The notes: generated from the sequence alone by a model not told the origin. 64,000 nt of DNA from an uncultured Alphaproteobacteria bacterium (GCA_963721625.1 CAVRKF010000012.1:104283-168282); one strand, 5' to 3'. Positions 51,731 to 62,977 are shown, numbered from the stretch's first letter. Numbers and translations: made by a program.

Positions 51731-52744
51731 TCAGGCTGCGAGGCCGAGGCCGAAAAACGCGTCGGCGTTGCGCCACAGGATTTTTTCCTTGTCGGCGGCC
51801 GAGATCGGCAGCTTCAGCACGATGTCGATATGCTCCTCGGGGTCGATCGGCACCGGCCCGTAATCGGTGCCGAGCATGACGCGGTCGGCGCCGAACACCT
51901 CGACCGCCTCGCGCACATGCGGCGCCCAGATGCCCATCGTGTCCACCGACAGCAGCGACAGATACTCGCTCGGCAGGCGCCGGCACTTGATCTTGGCCCG
52001 CTCGGGCATGCCGTCGCTGCCGAGCCGCCAGCCGAAATCGAGCCGCCCCATCACCGGCAACAGCCCGCCGCCCATATGCGCGACCGCGATCTTGAGGCGC
52101 GGGAAGCGGTCGAACAGGCCCGACAGGATCATGCGCGCGAGCGCCATAGCGGTGTCGAACGGCCGCCCCACCAGCTCGTCGAGCTTGTACTGGTCCATCT
52201 CCTGCTCGAAGCCGATCGGCACGCGCGGCGGATGGATGAAGATCGGCACCTGCTTGTCCTGCGCCCACTCCCAGAATGGATAGGCGTCCTCGTGATCGGG
52301 GTAGCGGCCGTGCCAGCTCGAGCACACCATGACGGATTTGAAGCCGAGCTGCTCCATGCAGCGCTCGGCCTCGGCAATGTGGCTCTTGTCGAGAGGGTTG
52401 ACGTTGCCCATGCCCCAGGTCGTGTCCGGGGCCTTCGCCACGACCGCGGCGACCTCGTCGTTGCAATGCTGGACCACGTCGAGCGCGGGCTTGCTCGAGA
52501 TCGCGGTGAAGACTTCGGCCGAAAACGGATTGCTCATGAGACGGCGGGTGATGCCCGCCCTGGCGCTCACCTCCTGCTGCAAGTCGAAATCGGTGAGCTC
52601 GTAATACATCACGGCGGGAAGGCCGCGATACGTGCTGATCATGTTGCGGCCGTAGAACTGCCCGCGCATCGCCTCGGCGACGCCGAGCTTGTCGTCCTTG
52701 GACGGCAATACGCAGTGAGTGTGGATGTCGACCTTATGCGACAT
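51731..52744 (-). CDS. amidohydrolase-2 family protein (decarboxylase/hydrolase type)
   Basis: ORF 51731..52861, with the start at the ATG at 52744 (MSHKVDIHTHCV). Motifs are ...IFIHPP..., ...AVAHMGGG... and ...LGTDYGP. Intact. Confidence 0.85.
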   Translation of the reverse strand: MSHKVDIHTHCVLPSKDDKLGVAEAMRGQFYGRNMISTYRGLPAVMYYELTDFDLQQEVSARAGITRRLMSNPFSAEVFTAISSKPALDVVQHCNDEVAAVVAKAPDTTWGMGNVNPLDKSHIAEAERCMEQLGFKSVMVCSSWHGRYPDHEDAYPFWEWAQDKQVPIFIHPPRVPIGFEQEMDQYKLDELVGRPFDTAMALARMILSGLFDRFPRLKIAVAHMGGGLLPVMGRLDFGWRLGSDGMPERAKIKCRRLPSEYLSLLSVDTMGIWAPHVREAVEVFGADRVMLGTDYGPVPIDPEEHIDIVLKLPISAADKEKILWRNADAFFGLGLAA

Positions 52745-52892
52745 GGGCGGCGTCTCCTCCCGTTCCGGTCCTGCGATCACGACACTGCGCCGCGCGCGGC
52801 TTGCCCCAAGCATAGCCGAGCCGGAGAATGGGGTGGAAGACCTGCCGCCGGCATCGTCCACAACCTCGCCGGCCGGCGCTGAACGACGGAGA

Positions 52893-53744
52893 ATGCCAGT
52901 GCTCTATCGCGGCATGGACAAGATTGCGCTCGACGCCGCCTACAACAACGGGGCGGCGGTAGGGATCGAGCGGCGCAACCGCTATCTCGCCGAATGGACC
53001 GCCCGCACAAATGCGCTGGCGGCGAGCGCGACGGCGCGGCTCGATCTGCGCTATGGCGACGGGGCGCGGCACCGCATCGACTTCTTCCCCTGCGGGCATA
53101 CCGCGCGGCCGACGCTCGCCTTCATTCACGGCGGCTATTGGCAGATGTCCGACAAGGAGAATTACGGCTGCCTGGCCGCGGGTCCGCTCGCTCGGGGCAT
53201 CAATGTCGCCATGATCGAGTACACCCTTGCCCCGGTCATCCGCATGGACGGCATCGTCGCGGAAATCAAGGCCGCGCTCGCCTGGCTACGCCAGCGGCTC
53301 GTTGAGCTCGGGGCGGCGCGCAGCGGGCTCGTCGTCGCCGGCCATTCGGCCGGCGGCCATCTCGCCGCGATGGTGATGGCCGAGCCCGGCGTCACCGGCG
53401 CGCTGGCGATCAGCGGCCTCTACGAACTCGAGCCGATCCGGCTCGGCGCGCTCAACGACAAGGTCGGGCTCGATGAAGCCGAAGCGCAGCGCAACAGCCC
53501 GATCGCGCACATTCCCGCGACGGCCCCGCCCTCGATCATCGCCGTCGGCGGCGCGGAGCTGCCCGAGTTGCGCCGCCAATCGGCCGATTATCACGCCGCC
53601 TGCGTCGCGCACGGCCTCAATTCGCGGCTGCTCGTGCTCGACGGCCTCGACCATTTCAGCGTGCTCGAGGAGCTGGCGCAGCCGCAGGGCAAGCTGACGG
53701 CGGCACTCCTCGAACTCGTCGCCGCTTCGGCCGCGGCCGGATAA
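52893..53744 (+). CDS. alpha/beta hydrolase (arylformamidase/esterase-like)
   Basis: ORF 52719..53744 from the ATG at 52893. It has the HGGYW oxyanion motif, the nucleophile elbow GHSAGGH and a C-terminal DHF. Intact. Confidence 0.8.
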   Translation: MPVLYRGMDKIALDAAYNNGAAVGIERRNRYLAEWTARTNALAASATARLDLRYGDGARHRIDFFPCGHTARPTLAFIHGGYWQMSDKENYGCLAAGPLARGINVAMIEYTLAPVIRMDGIVAEIKAALAWLRQRLVELGAARSGLVVAGHSAGGHLAAMVMAEPGVTGALAISGLYELEPIRLGALNDKVGLDEAEAQRNSPIAHIPATAPPSIIAVGGAELPELRRQSADYHAACVAHGLNSRLLVLDGLDHFSVLEELAQPQGKLTAALLELVAASAAAG

Positions 53745-53793
53745 GCACTCGCGACGCGACCGCCGCAGCATGCGATCGGCGCGGCGCCTTCGT

Positions 53794-55053
53794 TCAGGCG
53801 GCTTGGCGCGGCCGCATGGCTGCCGCCGGCGTCGCCGGGCGCTTGGGATAGGGATAGCGCCCGAGCGGCGCGATCAGAACGCAGGTCACGACAAGGAAGC
53901 CCTCGAAGATCAGAAAGGCCGGGTGGTAGGAGTGAAAGCGGTCGTAGGACCAGCCGGCGATCGACGCGCCGAAGCCTTGGGCGAACGAGAACACCGCGAA
54001 CATCACGGCATAGATCGTGCCGTAGGCCTTGAGCCCGAAATAGCGGCTCACCATGAAGGCCATGATGTCGACCTCGGCGCCCACGCCGAGGCCGCAAAGG
54101 ATGGCGCCGGCGACCGGCACAGGCCCTCCCGCCCCGCTGGCGAGGAGCGCGATCCCGACCATCGGAATGACGAAAAAGCCGATCGCGACATAAGGCGCAA
54201 ACCACCGGTCGATGCACCAGCCGGAAATGACGCGCCCCGCGATCAAGGCGAGGCCGGCGGCGGACAGCGCACCGATCGCCGCCGACAGCGGAACGCCGCG
54301 GTCGGTCAGGAACGCCACGATGTGGGTGAGCGTGCCGTTGATCGCCATGATCGCGACGAAGAACGCGATCGTCAGCGCCCAGAACCGCCACGATCCGAGA
54401 AAGGCTTCCCGCGCGGTCATGCCGGGAAGGTTGCCTTGAACGGAAATGTCGCTGTGTCGCGCCGCGTCCTTGGCGCTGGGCTCGCGCACGAAGAGCGTGA
54501 CCGGCAGCCATGCGATCGCGAACACCGTGAGCGCGAGCACGAGATAGGCGGTGCGCCAGCCGAAATGGCGGATATAGAACTCGGCGATGTGCGGCACGAG
54601 GGCGACCCCGAGCCCGACGCCCGCCATGGCGATGCCGATGGCGAGGCCGCGCAAACGGTCGAACCACAGCGAAATCGCGACGCCATAGGGAACCGGCGAG
54701 CCGATGCAGCCGAAAATCCCCGCCAGGCCGAAGGCGAGGTAAATCATCGCCGGCGCGGGTGTCATCAGCGCGTAGCCCGCCACCCCCAGCGAATAGAAGA
54801 TGAGCCCGACGACCATCACCCGCCGCACGCCCCAGCGGTCGAGGAGCCGGCCGAGCGGCAAGGTGCCGAGCGCGGTCAGGGTCGAGGTCAGAATGAGGCC
54901 GGTCGAAAAGAATTCGCGCCCGACATGAAGATCCTGGGTTACCGGCTTCAGGAAGACGCCGAACGCGAACACATTGATCGAGCCGGCACCGACGAGGAGC
55001 CCGCAGATCGACGCAAACACGATCCACCAGCGATTGCCGAATAATCCACCCAC
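53794..55053 (-). CDS. MFS transporter
   Basis: Intact 419-aa ORF with about 12 hydrophobic segments and the GRLLDRWGVRR motif between TM2 and TM3. Confidence 0.9.
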   Translation of the reverse strand: MGGLFGNRWWIVFASICGLLVGAGSINVFAFGVFLKPVTQDLHVGREFFSTGLILTSTLTALGTLPLGRLLDRWGVRRVMVVGLIFYSLGVAGYALMTPAPAMIYLAFGLAGIFGCIGSPVPYGVAISLWFDRLRGLAIGIAMAGVGLGVALVPHIAEFYIRHFGWRTAYLVLALTVFAIAWLPVTLFVREPSAKDAARHSDISVQGNLPGMTAREAFLGSWRFWALTIAFFVAIMAINGTLTHIVAFLTDRGVPLSAAIGALSAAGLALIAGRVISGWCIDRWFAPYVAIGFFVIPMVGIALLASGAGGPVPVAGAILCGLGVGAEVDIMAFMVSRYFGLKAYGTIYAVMFAVFSFAQGFGASIAGWSYDRFHSYHPAFLIFEGFLVVTCVLIAPLGRYPYPKRPATPAAAMRPRQAA

Positions 55054-55177
55054 TGCGTTTCTCCCGGGTTCAGACCTTGATGCGCCGCCTCCGGAATATC
55101 CCGGTTGAACGGCCGATTTTGGCCTTGTGATAGTGGCTTGCGCCGATCGATGCAGCTAAATAATTCGCCAGCGTCGG

Positions 55178-57379
55178 TCACGGCGCGGCCGCGCCCGCTC
55201 TCAGCACCACCAGCGCATCGAGCGCCATCCCGCCTTGTCCCTGCGGCAAGGCGACGAAGGGGTTGAGGTCGATCGATTCCAGCGCGTCGCCGAGATCGAC
55301 CGCGATCCGGCCCAGCGCCACCAGCGCCGCCACAACCGCGGCGACATCGCAAGGCGGCGCGCCGCGATAGCCATCGAGGAGACGCGCCGCCCGCGTCGCG
55401 CCGATGAGCGATTGCGCCCGCGCCGCGCTCAAAGGCGGGGGCGCAAAGGCGACATCGCGCATGAGCTCGAGCAGCACGCCGCCGGCACCGGCCATGACCA
55501 CGAGCCCCATCTCGGGGTCCCGGTGCAGCCCCAGCGCCAGCTCCACGCCGCCCTTGATCTGCCGGCACACCAGCATCCCCTCGAGCGTCTGAGCGAGCCC
55601 ATGCGCGCCGAGATTGGCGACGATCCGGTCCCACGCCGCGGTCACCGCCGCCGCGTCATCGAGGCCGAGCATGACGCCACCCGCCTCCGATTTGTGCTGA
55701 ACCGCAGCCGACACGGCCTTGAGCACCACCGGATAGCCGATCGTGGTCGCGGCCCGTACCGCCGCCGCGGGCGAGGTCGCGAGCATCTCGGGCGGCGCGG
55801 CAATACCATAACGGCGCAACACCTCCTTTGATCGCGCTTCGTTCAGCGCCAGCGGTTCCGCGCTGTCCATTGCCAAGGTCCGCAACCTGGCGAGCGCGGC
55901 CGCGTCTTCGAGGCCAGGCACGACGCCGCTCGCGGCGGCTTCAAGCCGATCCCGGCGCAGCTCGTCGCGACGGACGGCGCGGTCGATCACGCGCAAGGCC
56001 TTGTCGGATTCGTTGAGGAAGGAAAGATGCGGCAGTTCCGTGCGCAAGGTACGGCTGTAGTCGCTCTGGCTATGACTCAGCACCGAGACGAAGGCGATCG
56101 GCTTCGCCGCGCGCGTCGCGGCGTAGTCCTCGACGGCGCGCAGATAAGCCTCGGTGCGGTCGCCGCCCGTACCGCGCGGCAGCTCCTCCTGCAGCAGCAG
56201 CAGGTCGATGGTCGGGTCACGGTCGAGCGCTTCGACGCAAGCGAGATAGGTCGCCGCGCTCGACAGCACGCCGAAGCCGCCGTCGAGCGGATTGCCGACC
56301 AGCGAGCCGACCGACAACAGCGACCGCAGCCGCGCATCCGTCGCGGGCGCCAGCGCGGGAAAGAGCAGCCGGTTCCGCTCGGCGGCGTCGAGCAACAGGC
56401 CGCGATAGGCGCCCGACAGCGTGATCGCGCCGAGCCGCCGCCCGCGCGGCGCGCCGGTATGCAACAGCAGCTCGATGATCTCCACCGCATCGTCGAGCGT
56501 ATCGACGCGAATGACGCCAAGCTCGCCGGCGACGGCGTCGAACACCTCGGCGCTGCCCGCGAGCGAGCCGGTATGGGCCATGGCCGCCTGTTTGCCGGCT
56601 TCGGAGCGGCCGAGCTTGTGGACGATGACGGGCTTGCCGGCGTCCGCCGCGAGCCGGCACGCGGCGGCGAACTTGTCGGGATGCGCCACCGCCTCGATGT
56701 AGCAGAGGATGATGCGGATCGCGGGATCGGCGGCGAAGAAGGCGATGTAATCGGCGGTGCCGAGGCCGATCTCGTTGCCGCTGGTGATGACATAGCCCGC
56801 GTGATGGCCGCGCTCCTGCAGCACGGTCTGGGTGAAGATCATGACGCCGCCGCTCTGGCCCACCATCGCGACCGGCCCGGGGCCAACCTGCATCGGGCGA
56901 TAATCGGTCAGCGTGACGAGCCGGCTCGCGCCGCAAACATTGCCCATGCAATTGGGACCCGAAACGGCGAGCCCCGTCGCCGCGATGATCGCTTCGAGTT
57001 CGCGCCGCCGCGCGCGCCCGTCGGCGTCGCCGGCCTCGCCGAACCCCGCCGAGAAAACGGTGGCGCTGCGCGCGCCGCTTGCGGCAGCCCCGCGCAGCGC
57101 GGCATTGACCGCCGGCGCCGGCACCAGCACGGCGAGATGATCGGGCGGCTCGGGCAGGGCGCGAAAATCGGGATAGCACTTCCCGCCCCAGATTTCGGCG
57201 CGATTGGGATTGAGCGGATAGATCGCGCCGGCGAAGCCGTAGCGCGTGAGATTGGCATAGACGCGCGCGGCCCAGCTTCCGGCGCGATCGCTTGCGCCGA
57301 CCAGCACGACGTTGCGCGGCTGCGTCAGCGCCGCCACGCCTTGCTTTCCCCGCTCGAGCGCCGCCGCGATGTCGCTCAT
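55178..57379 (-). CDS. ADP-forming acyl-CoA synthetase (CoA-binding + succinyl-CoA-synthetase-like + ATP-grasp); FerA-like feruloyl/hydroxycinnamoyl-CoA synthetase candidate
   Basis: ORF 55178..57880 trimmed to the ATG at 57379 (MSDIAAALERG...NVVLVGASDRAGSWAARVY). It also has GPNCMG and a C-terminal ATP-grasp (KEVLRRYGIAAP...GYPVVLKAVS). Intact. It is divergent from an HCHL gene, as in the SYK-6 ferA/ferB arrangement. Confidence 0.8.
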   Translation of the reverse strand: MSDIAAALERGKQGVAALTQPRNVVLVGASDRAGSWAARVYANLTRYGFAGAIYPLNPNRAEIWGGKCYPDFRALPEPPDHLAVLVPAPAVNAALRGAAASGARSATVFSAGFGEAGDADGRARRRELEAIIAATGLAVSGPNCMGNVCGASRLVTLTDYRPMQVGPGPVAMVGQSGGVMIFTQTVLQERGHHAGYVITSGNEIGLGTADYIAFFAADPAIRIILCYIEAVAHPDKFAAACRLAADAGKPVIVHKLGRSEAGKQAAMAHTGSLAGSAEVFDAVAGELGVIRVDTLDDAVEIIELLLHTGAPRGRRLGAITLSGAYRGLLLDAAERNRLLFPALAPATDARLRSLLSVGSLVGNPLDGGFGVLSSAATYLACVEALDRDPTIDLLLLQEELPRGTGGDRTEAYLRAVEDYAATRAAKPIAFVSVLSHSQSDYSRTLRTELPHLSFLNESDKALRVIDRAVRRDELRRDRLEAAASGVVPGLEDAAALARLRTLAMDSAEPLALNEARSKEVLRRYGIAAPPEMLATSPAAAVRAATTIGYPVVLKAVSAAVQHKSEAGGVMLGLDDAAAVTAAWDRIVANLGAHGLAQTLEGMLVCRQIKGGVELALGLHRDPEMGLVVMAGAGGVLLELMRDVAFAPPPLSAARAQSLIGATRAARLLDGYRGAPPCDVAAVVAALVALGRIAVDLGDALESIDLNPFVALPQGQGGMALDALVVLRAGAAAP

Positions 57380-57514
57380 GCCCAGCCTCCGCGTTCTCCC
57401 CGCGCGAGCCGTAGCAGAACGGGGCCGGCTGCGCCATGCCCCAGCACCTCGACAAACCCGCCGCGCGCGCGTATGCGGTAGGGCGAGCAACGACGATCGC
57501 GAGAGGAGGATGCG

Positions 57515-58351
57515 ATGCCGGCCGACAAACCCTACGAGACCATCCGCGTCGAGAAGGAGGACCGCATCGCCTGGGTCATCCTGAACCGCCCGGAAAAGCG
57601 CAACGCGATGAGCCCGCAGCTCCATCGCGAAATGGACGCCGCGCTCGACGATCTCGCCTATGACGCCGAGACCGACATTCTCGTTCTCACCGGCGCGGGC
57701 GACGCTTTCTGCGCCGGCCAGGACATCCGGCTCTTCTTCCGCGAGGCCGGCAAGGACCCGGCCGCCATGCACCGCGCGCGCCAGGCCTCGAGCAACTGGC
57801 GCTGGCACAAGCTCTCCGCCTTTCCCAAGCCGACGATCGCGATGATCAACGGCTTCTGCTTCGGCGGCGCCTTCACCCAAGCTTGCGCCTGCGACTTCGC
57901 CATTGCCGCCGACGAGGCGGTGTTCGGCCTGTCAGAGGTGAACTGGGGCATTCTGCCGGGCGGCATCGTGTCGTGGAACGTGGCACAGGTGCTGAACTTC
58001 CGCGACGGGCTCTATTACGCCATGACCGGCGACACGTTCGACGGCAAGAAGGCCAAGGAGATCGGCTTCGTCAATTTCTCGGTGCCGAAGGCCGAGCTCC
58101 GCAACGCGACCGTCGCGCTCGCCAAGAAGCTGATGCAGAAGAGCCCGGCGGCGATGCGCTACACCAAGGAGGCGATCCGGGCCGTGCGCTTCATGAGCGA
58201 GCCGCAGGCCGCCGACTACCTGGCCGCCAAGAGCGATGCGCTGCGCTTCAACGACAAGGAGCAGGGCCGCGAGCAAGGCATGCGGCAATTCCTCGACGAG
58301 AAGCGCTATCGCCCCGGTCTCAGCGAATTCGAGCGCGAGCGGAAGGAATGA
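57515..58351 (+). CDS. crotonase-fold hydroxycinnamoyl-CoA hydratase-lyase (HCHL / FerB / Ech-like)
   Basis: Intact 278-aa ORF: VEKEDRIAWVILNRPEKRNAMSP...LTGAGDAFCAGQD...INGFCFGGAF...SEVNWGILPGG...FLDEKRYRPGL, closely resembling characterised HCHL enzymes. Confidence 0.85.
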   Translation: MPADKPYETIRVEKEDRIAWVILNRPEKRNAMSPQLHREMDAALDDLAYDAETDILVLTGAGDAFCAGQDIRLFFREAGKDPAAMHRARQASSNWRWHKLSAFPKPTIAMINGFCFGGAFTQACACDFAIAADEAVFGLSEVNWGILPGGIVSWNVAQVLNFRDGLYYAMTGDTFDGKKAKEIGFVNFSVPKAELRNATVALAKKLMQKSPAAMRYTKEAIRAVRFMSEPQAADYLAAKSDALRFNDKEQGREQGMRQFLDEKRYRPGLSEFERERKE

Positions 58352-58352
58352 C

Positions 58353-58763
58353 TCAGTCGGCTTCGGCGGCCTCGACGCGCTTCTTTCGCTGGGCGACCTT
58401 GTCCTTGTCCTTGAGCCCTTCCTCGGAAAGGTCGAACCAGTTGCCTTCGGGATCGACGGCGCGGAATTCGGCATAGGGCCGGTCGCCGGGCCGCGCCTTG
58501 GGCGTCTCGAGGCCATAGGAAGCGAGCTTCTGCTTCACCGCCTCGAGGTCCTCGAGGTTGAACCCGAAATGATTGAGGCCGACGGCCGCCTCGCCCTCGA
58601 GCCGGTGCGGTAGAAGCGCGAGCATGAGGTAGCCGTCGGTGAGGAAATAGGCGCGGCCGTTGGTGGCGGCAACCTCCATGTCGAAGACGCTGGTGTAGAA
58701 GTCGGCGAGCTTCTTGGGATCCCGCGCGAACAGGGCAAGGTGACGAATCTTCGGCTTGGCCAT
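58353..58763 (-). CDS. VOC/glyoxalase-family protein
   Basis: ORF 58353..58865 from the ATG at 58763 (MAKPKIRHLALFARDPKKLADFYTSVFDM...LNHFGFNLEDLE...). Intact. Confidence 0.75.
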   Translation of the reverse strand: MAKPKIRHLALFARDPKKLADFYTSVFDMEVAATNGRAYFLTDGYLMLALLPHRLEGEAAVGLNHFGFNLEDLEAVKQKLASYGLETPKARPGDRPYAEFRAVDPEGNWFDLSEEGLKDKDKVAQRKKRVEAAEAD

Positions 58764-59045
58764 CGTGATCCTCCGCGACCGCTGTCGGACGAAGTCTAGT
58801 CGGCGGCGCCGGCGGGTCAAGAACGCGGGCCGAATGTGCTTGACCGTTCGGGGTCGGAACTTCACAGTGGCCGCGCGTCAATCATAATAAGCTTGCTCGG
58901 GAGGCGCTCCGACCACACGATTTCCGGGTCCTGGCGCCGCTTCGGCGCCGCGCGCCAAGGCGGCGGTTCCGGCGCGTCGAAGCCGCGGCGCGCGGTCGCG
59001 TCCCGACGCAAATACAACCCACGGCCACAACAGGAGGGGAACGCG

Positions 59046-60447
59046 ATGACGACGAGGAAGACGGTAACGTTCGGCGCCGCGCCGCAACGCCGGCGCGTGC
59101 TGCGCACGATCGCCACAGCGGGTGCGGTCGCACTCGCACTTGGCGTGCCGCGCCCGCCGGCGCAGGCGGCCGATTCGATCAAGGTCGGCGTTCTGCTGCC
59201 GCTGTCCGGGAATTTCGCTGAGAATGGCAAGCAGACCCTGACCGGGATCAAGATGTATCTGGACAAGGTCGGCAACAAGGCTGGCGGCCGCAAGATCGAT
59301 CTCATCGTCGAGGATACGCAGGGCAAGCCTGACGTCGCCGTGACCAAGGCCCACAAGGAGGTGGAGCGCGACGGCGCGCAGGTCCTCACCGGCCTCGTCT
59401 TGTCCAGCGAAGCGCTCGCCGTCAACGACTACTCGCGCCAAGACAAGGTGCCCTTGGTCATGTCCGGGGACGCGGGCGTCGACGAGGTCACCATGCCCGG
59501 CCCGCTCGCCAACCCCTATCTCGTCCGCACCTCGCAGAATGGCCGCACGGTCGCGGCCGCTGCGGCCGAATGGGCCTACAAGGCCAAGGGCTGGCGCAAG
59601 ATCGTGGTGCTCGGTTCCGACTACGCCGGCGGCGTCGACACGAATTACTCCTTTGCACAGACGTTCTGCAAGCTCGGTGGAAAAATTGTCCAGGAGGAGT
59701 GGCCGCCGCTCAACAACGTCGATTATGGGCCCTATTTGACCAATCTGGACCGCGATGCGGATGCACTCGAGGTGTTCACGCCGGGCGCAGATGGCCTCAG
59801 GCTGGGGCAGCAATATGCCCAGTTCGGCCTCAAGGGTAAGATGCCGGTGATCGATGTCTACGCCGGCATTGCCTATGAGCCGAACCTGCCGCAGCTCGGC
59901 GACGCCGCGCTCGGGGTCTATTCCAGCCTGCTCTACTCCCCCATGATCAAGACGCCCGAGAACGAACGTTTCGTCGCGGAATTCAAGAAGAGAATGGGCT
60001 CCATGCCGGCCAATGAGGGGCCGAACGGCTATGTCGGCATGCACGCGATCGTTGATGCGATCAATGCGGTCCACGGCGATCTCTCGGACAAGTTGAAGTT
60101 CATGGCGGCGCTCAAGGCCGTCAAGTTCAACTCCCCCAAGGGCGAAATCTCGATCGACAAGTACGGCCAGGTCATCCAGACCATGTATATCCGCGAGGTC
60201 GAGAAGGTGGACGGCCAGCTCGCGAACGTGCCGATCGCGAGCTATCCGAATGTCGACCAGTTCTGGCCCTTCACCCTCGCGGAGTCTCGACTCATTCAAG
60301 TACTCGTGGAAGCAGATGAAAGGGTCGCTGACCGATTGCGCCAAGCTGCTTGGCGAAGAAGTAGGCCTGCGACACGGCCCGGCGCCGGCCGCGAGGCGGG
60401 CGCCGGACCGCGTTCGTCGCTCCTCCGCGAACGGTGCCGATCCATGA
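59046..60447 (+). pseudogene. ABC transporter periplasmic substrate-binding protein (LivJ/CouP-like family), frame break near the 3' end
   Basis: The ATG at 59046 in ORF 58836..60533 is followed by a Tat-like RRRVLRTIATAGAVALA and then IKVGVLLPLSGNFAENGKQ.... The C-terminal piece DSFKYSWKQMKGSLTDCAKLLGEE is in the frame of ORF 60250..60447. The junction is near 60285. Confidence 0.8.
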
Positions 60448-61294
60448 TCTGGGTTATTCACACCTCAACGGCGTCGCGTTCGGGATGCTGCTGTTCCTCC
60501 TCGCCGCCGGGCTGTCGCTCATTTACGGGCTGATGAAGATCCTGAACCTGACGCATGGCTCGTTCTATCTCGTCGGCGGCTATATCGGCCTCTCGGTGAT
60601 GCAGCTCACCGGCAGCTTCGTGCTTGCGCTCATCGTCGCCGCGATCGCAATCGCGGCGATCGGCGCGGTGATCGAGCGGTTCTTCCTGAGGCGCTTTCAT
60701 CTCGACGAGTTGCCGCAGACGCTGCTGACGTTCGGGTTCCTGTTCATTTTCGCCGATCTGTCGCTGTGGATCTGGGGCGGCGACCCGATCATGATCGCCA
60801 TGCCGCAGATTTTCCAGCACTCGGTGCCGATGGGTTATCTCGCCTATCCGGTCTACCGGCTGTTTCTGATCGCGGTCGGGCTCGTCATTGCCGGCGGCTT
60901 GTGGTGGTTTCAGGAACACACGCGGCTCGGCACCATGCTGCGCGCCGGCGTGGACGATGCCGAGATCGCCCGCGCGCTCGGCATCAACGTATCGCTCCTG
61001 TTCACGCTGGTCTTCGCCGTCGGCGCGGCGCTCGCGGCCCTGGGCGGCGTGCTCGCCGCGCCGGTCCTGAGCCTCTATCCCGGCGCCGATTTCGACACCC
61101 TCATCCTTGCCTTCGTCGTGGTGATCGTCGGCGGCCTCGGCAGCCTCAGGGGCGCGCTCGCCGGCTCGCTGCTCGTCGGCATTCTCGACGATTTCGGCAA
61201 GACGTTCTTCCCCCAATTCGCGCTCTTCACCGTGTTCGTGCCGATGGCCGTCATCCTCGTGGCCCGGCCGACCGGGTTGTTCGGCCGCCGATGA
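60434..61294 (+). CDS. branched-chain-amino-acid-type ABC transporter permease (LivH family)
   Basis: Intact ORF with a GTG start: GMLLFLLAAGLSLIYGLMKILNLTHGSFYLVGGY...VGGLGSLRGALAGSLLVG. The start choice is uncertain by a few codons. Confidence 0.85.
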   Translation: MPIHDLGYSHLNGVAFGMLLFLLAAGLSLIYGLMKILNLTHGSFYLVGGYIGLSVMQLTGSFVLALIVAAIAIAAIGAVIERFFLRRFHLDELPQTLLTFGFLFIFADLSLWIWGGDPIMIAMPQIFQHSVPMGYLAYPVYRLFLIAVGLVIAGGLWWFQEHTRLGTMLRAGVDDAEIARALGINVSLLFTLVFAVGAALAALGGVLAAPVLSLYPGADFDTLILAFVVVIVGGLGSLRGALAGSLLVGILDDFGKTFFPQFALFTVFVPMAVILVARPTGLFGRR

Positions 61295-62234
61295 CGGGAC
61301 GCATCGGCTCGCTCGCCGCTTCGGTCGCGGTCCTGGCGCTGCTCATCGCGCTGCCGCACGCGCTGCGCCCCGTATTATGTCGGCCTCACCACCAAGATGC
61401 TGATCTTCGCGCTGTTCGCGATGAGCCTCGACCTCCTTCTCGGCTATGCCGGGCTCGCCTCGCTCGGGCACGCGGCGTTCTTCGGCGTGGCGGCCTATGC
61501 GATCGCGCTCCTGATCCTGCGCGCCGGTCTGGGCAGCGCGATCGCCTTTCCGGCGGCGCTCGTTGCCGCCGCCACGACGGGCGCGGTGTTCGCCGTGCTG
61601 GCGCTGAGGGCGCGCGGCAGCTACTTCCTGATGATTACTTTCGCGCTCTCCCAGGTGGTGTGGAGCATCGCCTTCGGGTGGCGCACGCTCACCAACGGCG
61701 ACGACGGCATGCCCGGCGTTCCGCGCCCGAATTTCGGCTGGTCGCTCGACAACCCGCAATCGTTCTACTACTTCGTCCTGGCGATCGTCGCGCTCGCCAC
61801 GCTGCTGCTCGTCGCCATCGTCAAGTCGCCGTTCGGCCGCGCGCTGCGCGGCATTCGCGAGAGCGAATTGCGGATGCAGGCGCTGGGCTATGACGTATGG
61901 CGCTACCAGTTCGTGGCGTTCGTCCTGGCCGCAACTTTCGCCGGTCTCGCAGGGGCGCTCTACGCCTATCTCAACCGCTTCGTCAGCCCGGATTACTGCT
62001 TCGTCATCCAGTCGGCCGAGGCGCTGATCATGGTGATTCTGGGTGGCCCCGGCACCTTGATCGGGCCGGCGATCGGCGGCGCGCTGATCGTGTTCCTGGA
62101 GGACTATCGTCAGCTCGATGACCGAGCATTGGCTGCTGGTCCTCGGCGTCATCTATGTCCTGGTCACGCTGTTCGCGCCGCGCGGCCTCATCGGGCTGGT
62201 GGTCGCCTGGCGCCAGCGCGCCGCCGAGTCATGA
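61291..62234 (+). pseudogene. ABC transporter permease (LivM family), two frame breaks
   Basis: The ATG at 61291 overlaps the livH-like stop (ATGA). The core is in ORF 61397..62572 ([34 protein letters not shown]...[18 protein letters not shown]). The tail [24 protein letters not shown] is in another frame. Junctions are near 61365 and 62110. Confidence 0.8.
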
Positions 62235-62973
62235 CCGCGCTCGCCGTCGCAGATCTTTCCAAGAATTTCGGCGGCGTCGCCGCGCTGGCGGACCTGTCGC
62301 TCGAGATCGGCATTGGCGAGCGCCGCGTTCTCCTGGGCCCGAACGGCGCGGGCAAGACGACCCTGTTCCACACGATCGCCGGCTACGTCATGCCGTCGTC
62401 GGGCCGGATCAGCCTGTTCGGCCGCGACATCACGCGGCTCAGGCCCGACCGGCGCGCGCGGCTCGGCCTCGCGCGCACCTTCCAGATCACCAATCTGTTT
62501 CCGCGACTTGACGGTGCTCGACAGCGTGCTGCTCGCGGTCGGCGGCGACGAGCGGGACCCGGCTGCGGCTGATCCGGCCGATGTCGAGCTATCGCGGCAT
62601 GTATGACGAGGCCCGCCGTCTCCTGGAGCAATGGGGCCTGGCGGGGACGGAGCGGCGCATCGTGCGCAACCTCTCCTATGGCGAGCAGCGCCAGCTCGAG
62701 CTCGTGCTCGCGCTTGCCGGCGCGCCCAAGCTGCTCCTGCTCGACGAGCCGACGGCCGGCCTCTCGCCCGCCGAGACGAGCCGCGTCGTCGCGATGGTGC
62801 AGCTTCTGCCGCGCGACATGACCATCCTGATGATCGAGCACGACATGGACGTCGCCTTCGAACTCGCCGACCGCATCGCCGTCATGCATCAGGGGCGGCT
62901 CATCGCCGAGGGCGACGAGGCCGCGATCCGGGCCAACCGGCAGGTGACCGAAATCTATCTCGGAGCGGAATGA
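62231..62973 (+). pseudogene. ABC transporter ATP-binding protein (LivG family), two frame breaks
   Basis: The ATG at 62231 overlaps the upstream stop. Walker A is GPNGAGKTT (frame of ORF 61397..). The signature LSYGEQRQLEL and Walker B LLLLDEP are in ORF 62581..62973. Junctions are near 62500 and 62570. Confidence 0.8.
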
Positions 62974-62977
62974 CGCC

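Noticed and set aside
57380-57880. The 167-aa N-terminal extension of the 900-aa ORF 55178..57880.
   Set aside because: The extension overlaps the divergent HCHL gene region and is low-complexity. The recognisable CoA-binding domain begins right after the ATG at 57379 (MSDIAAALERG...NVVLVGAS).
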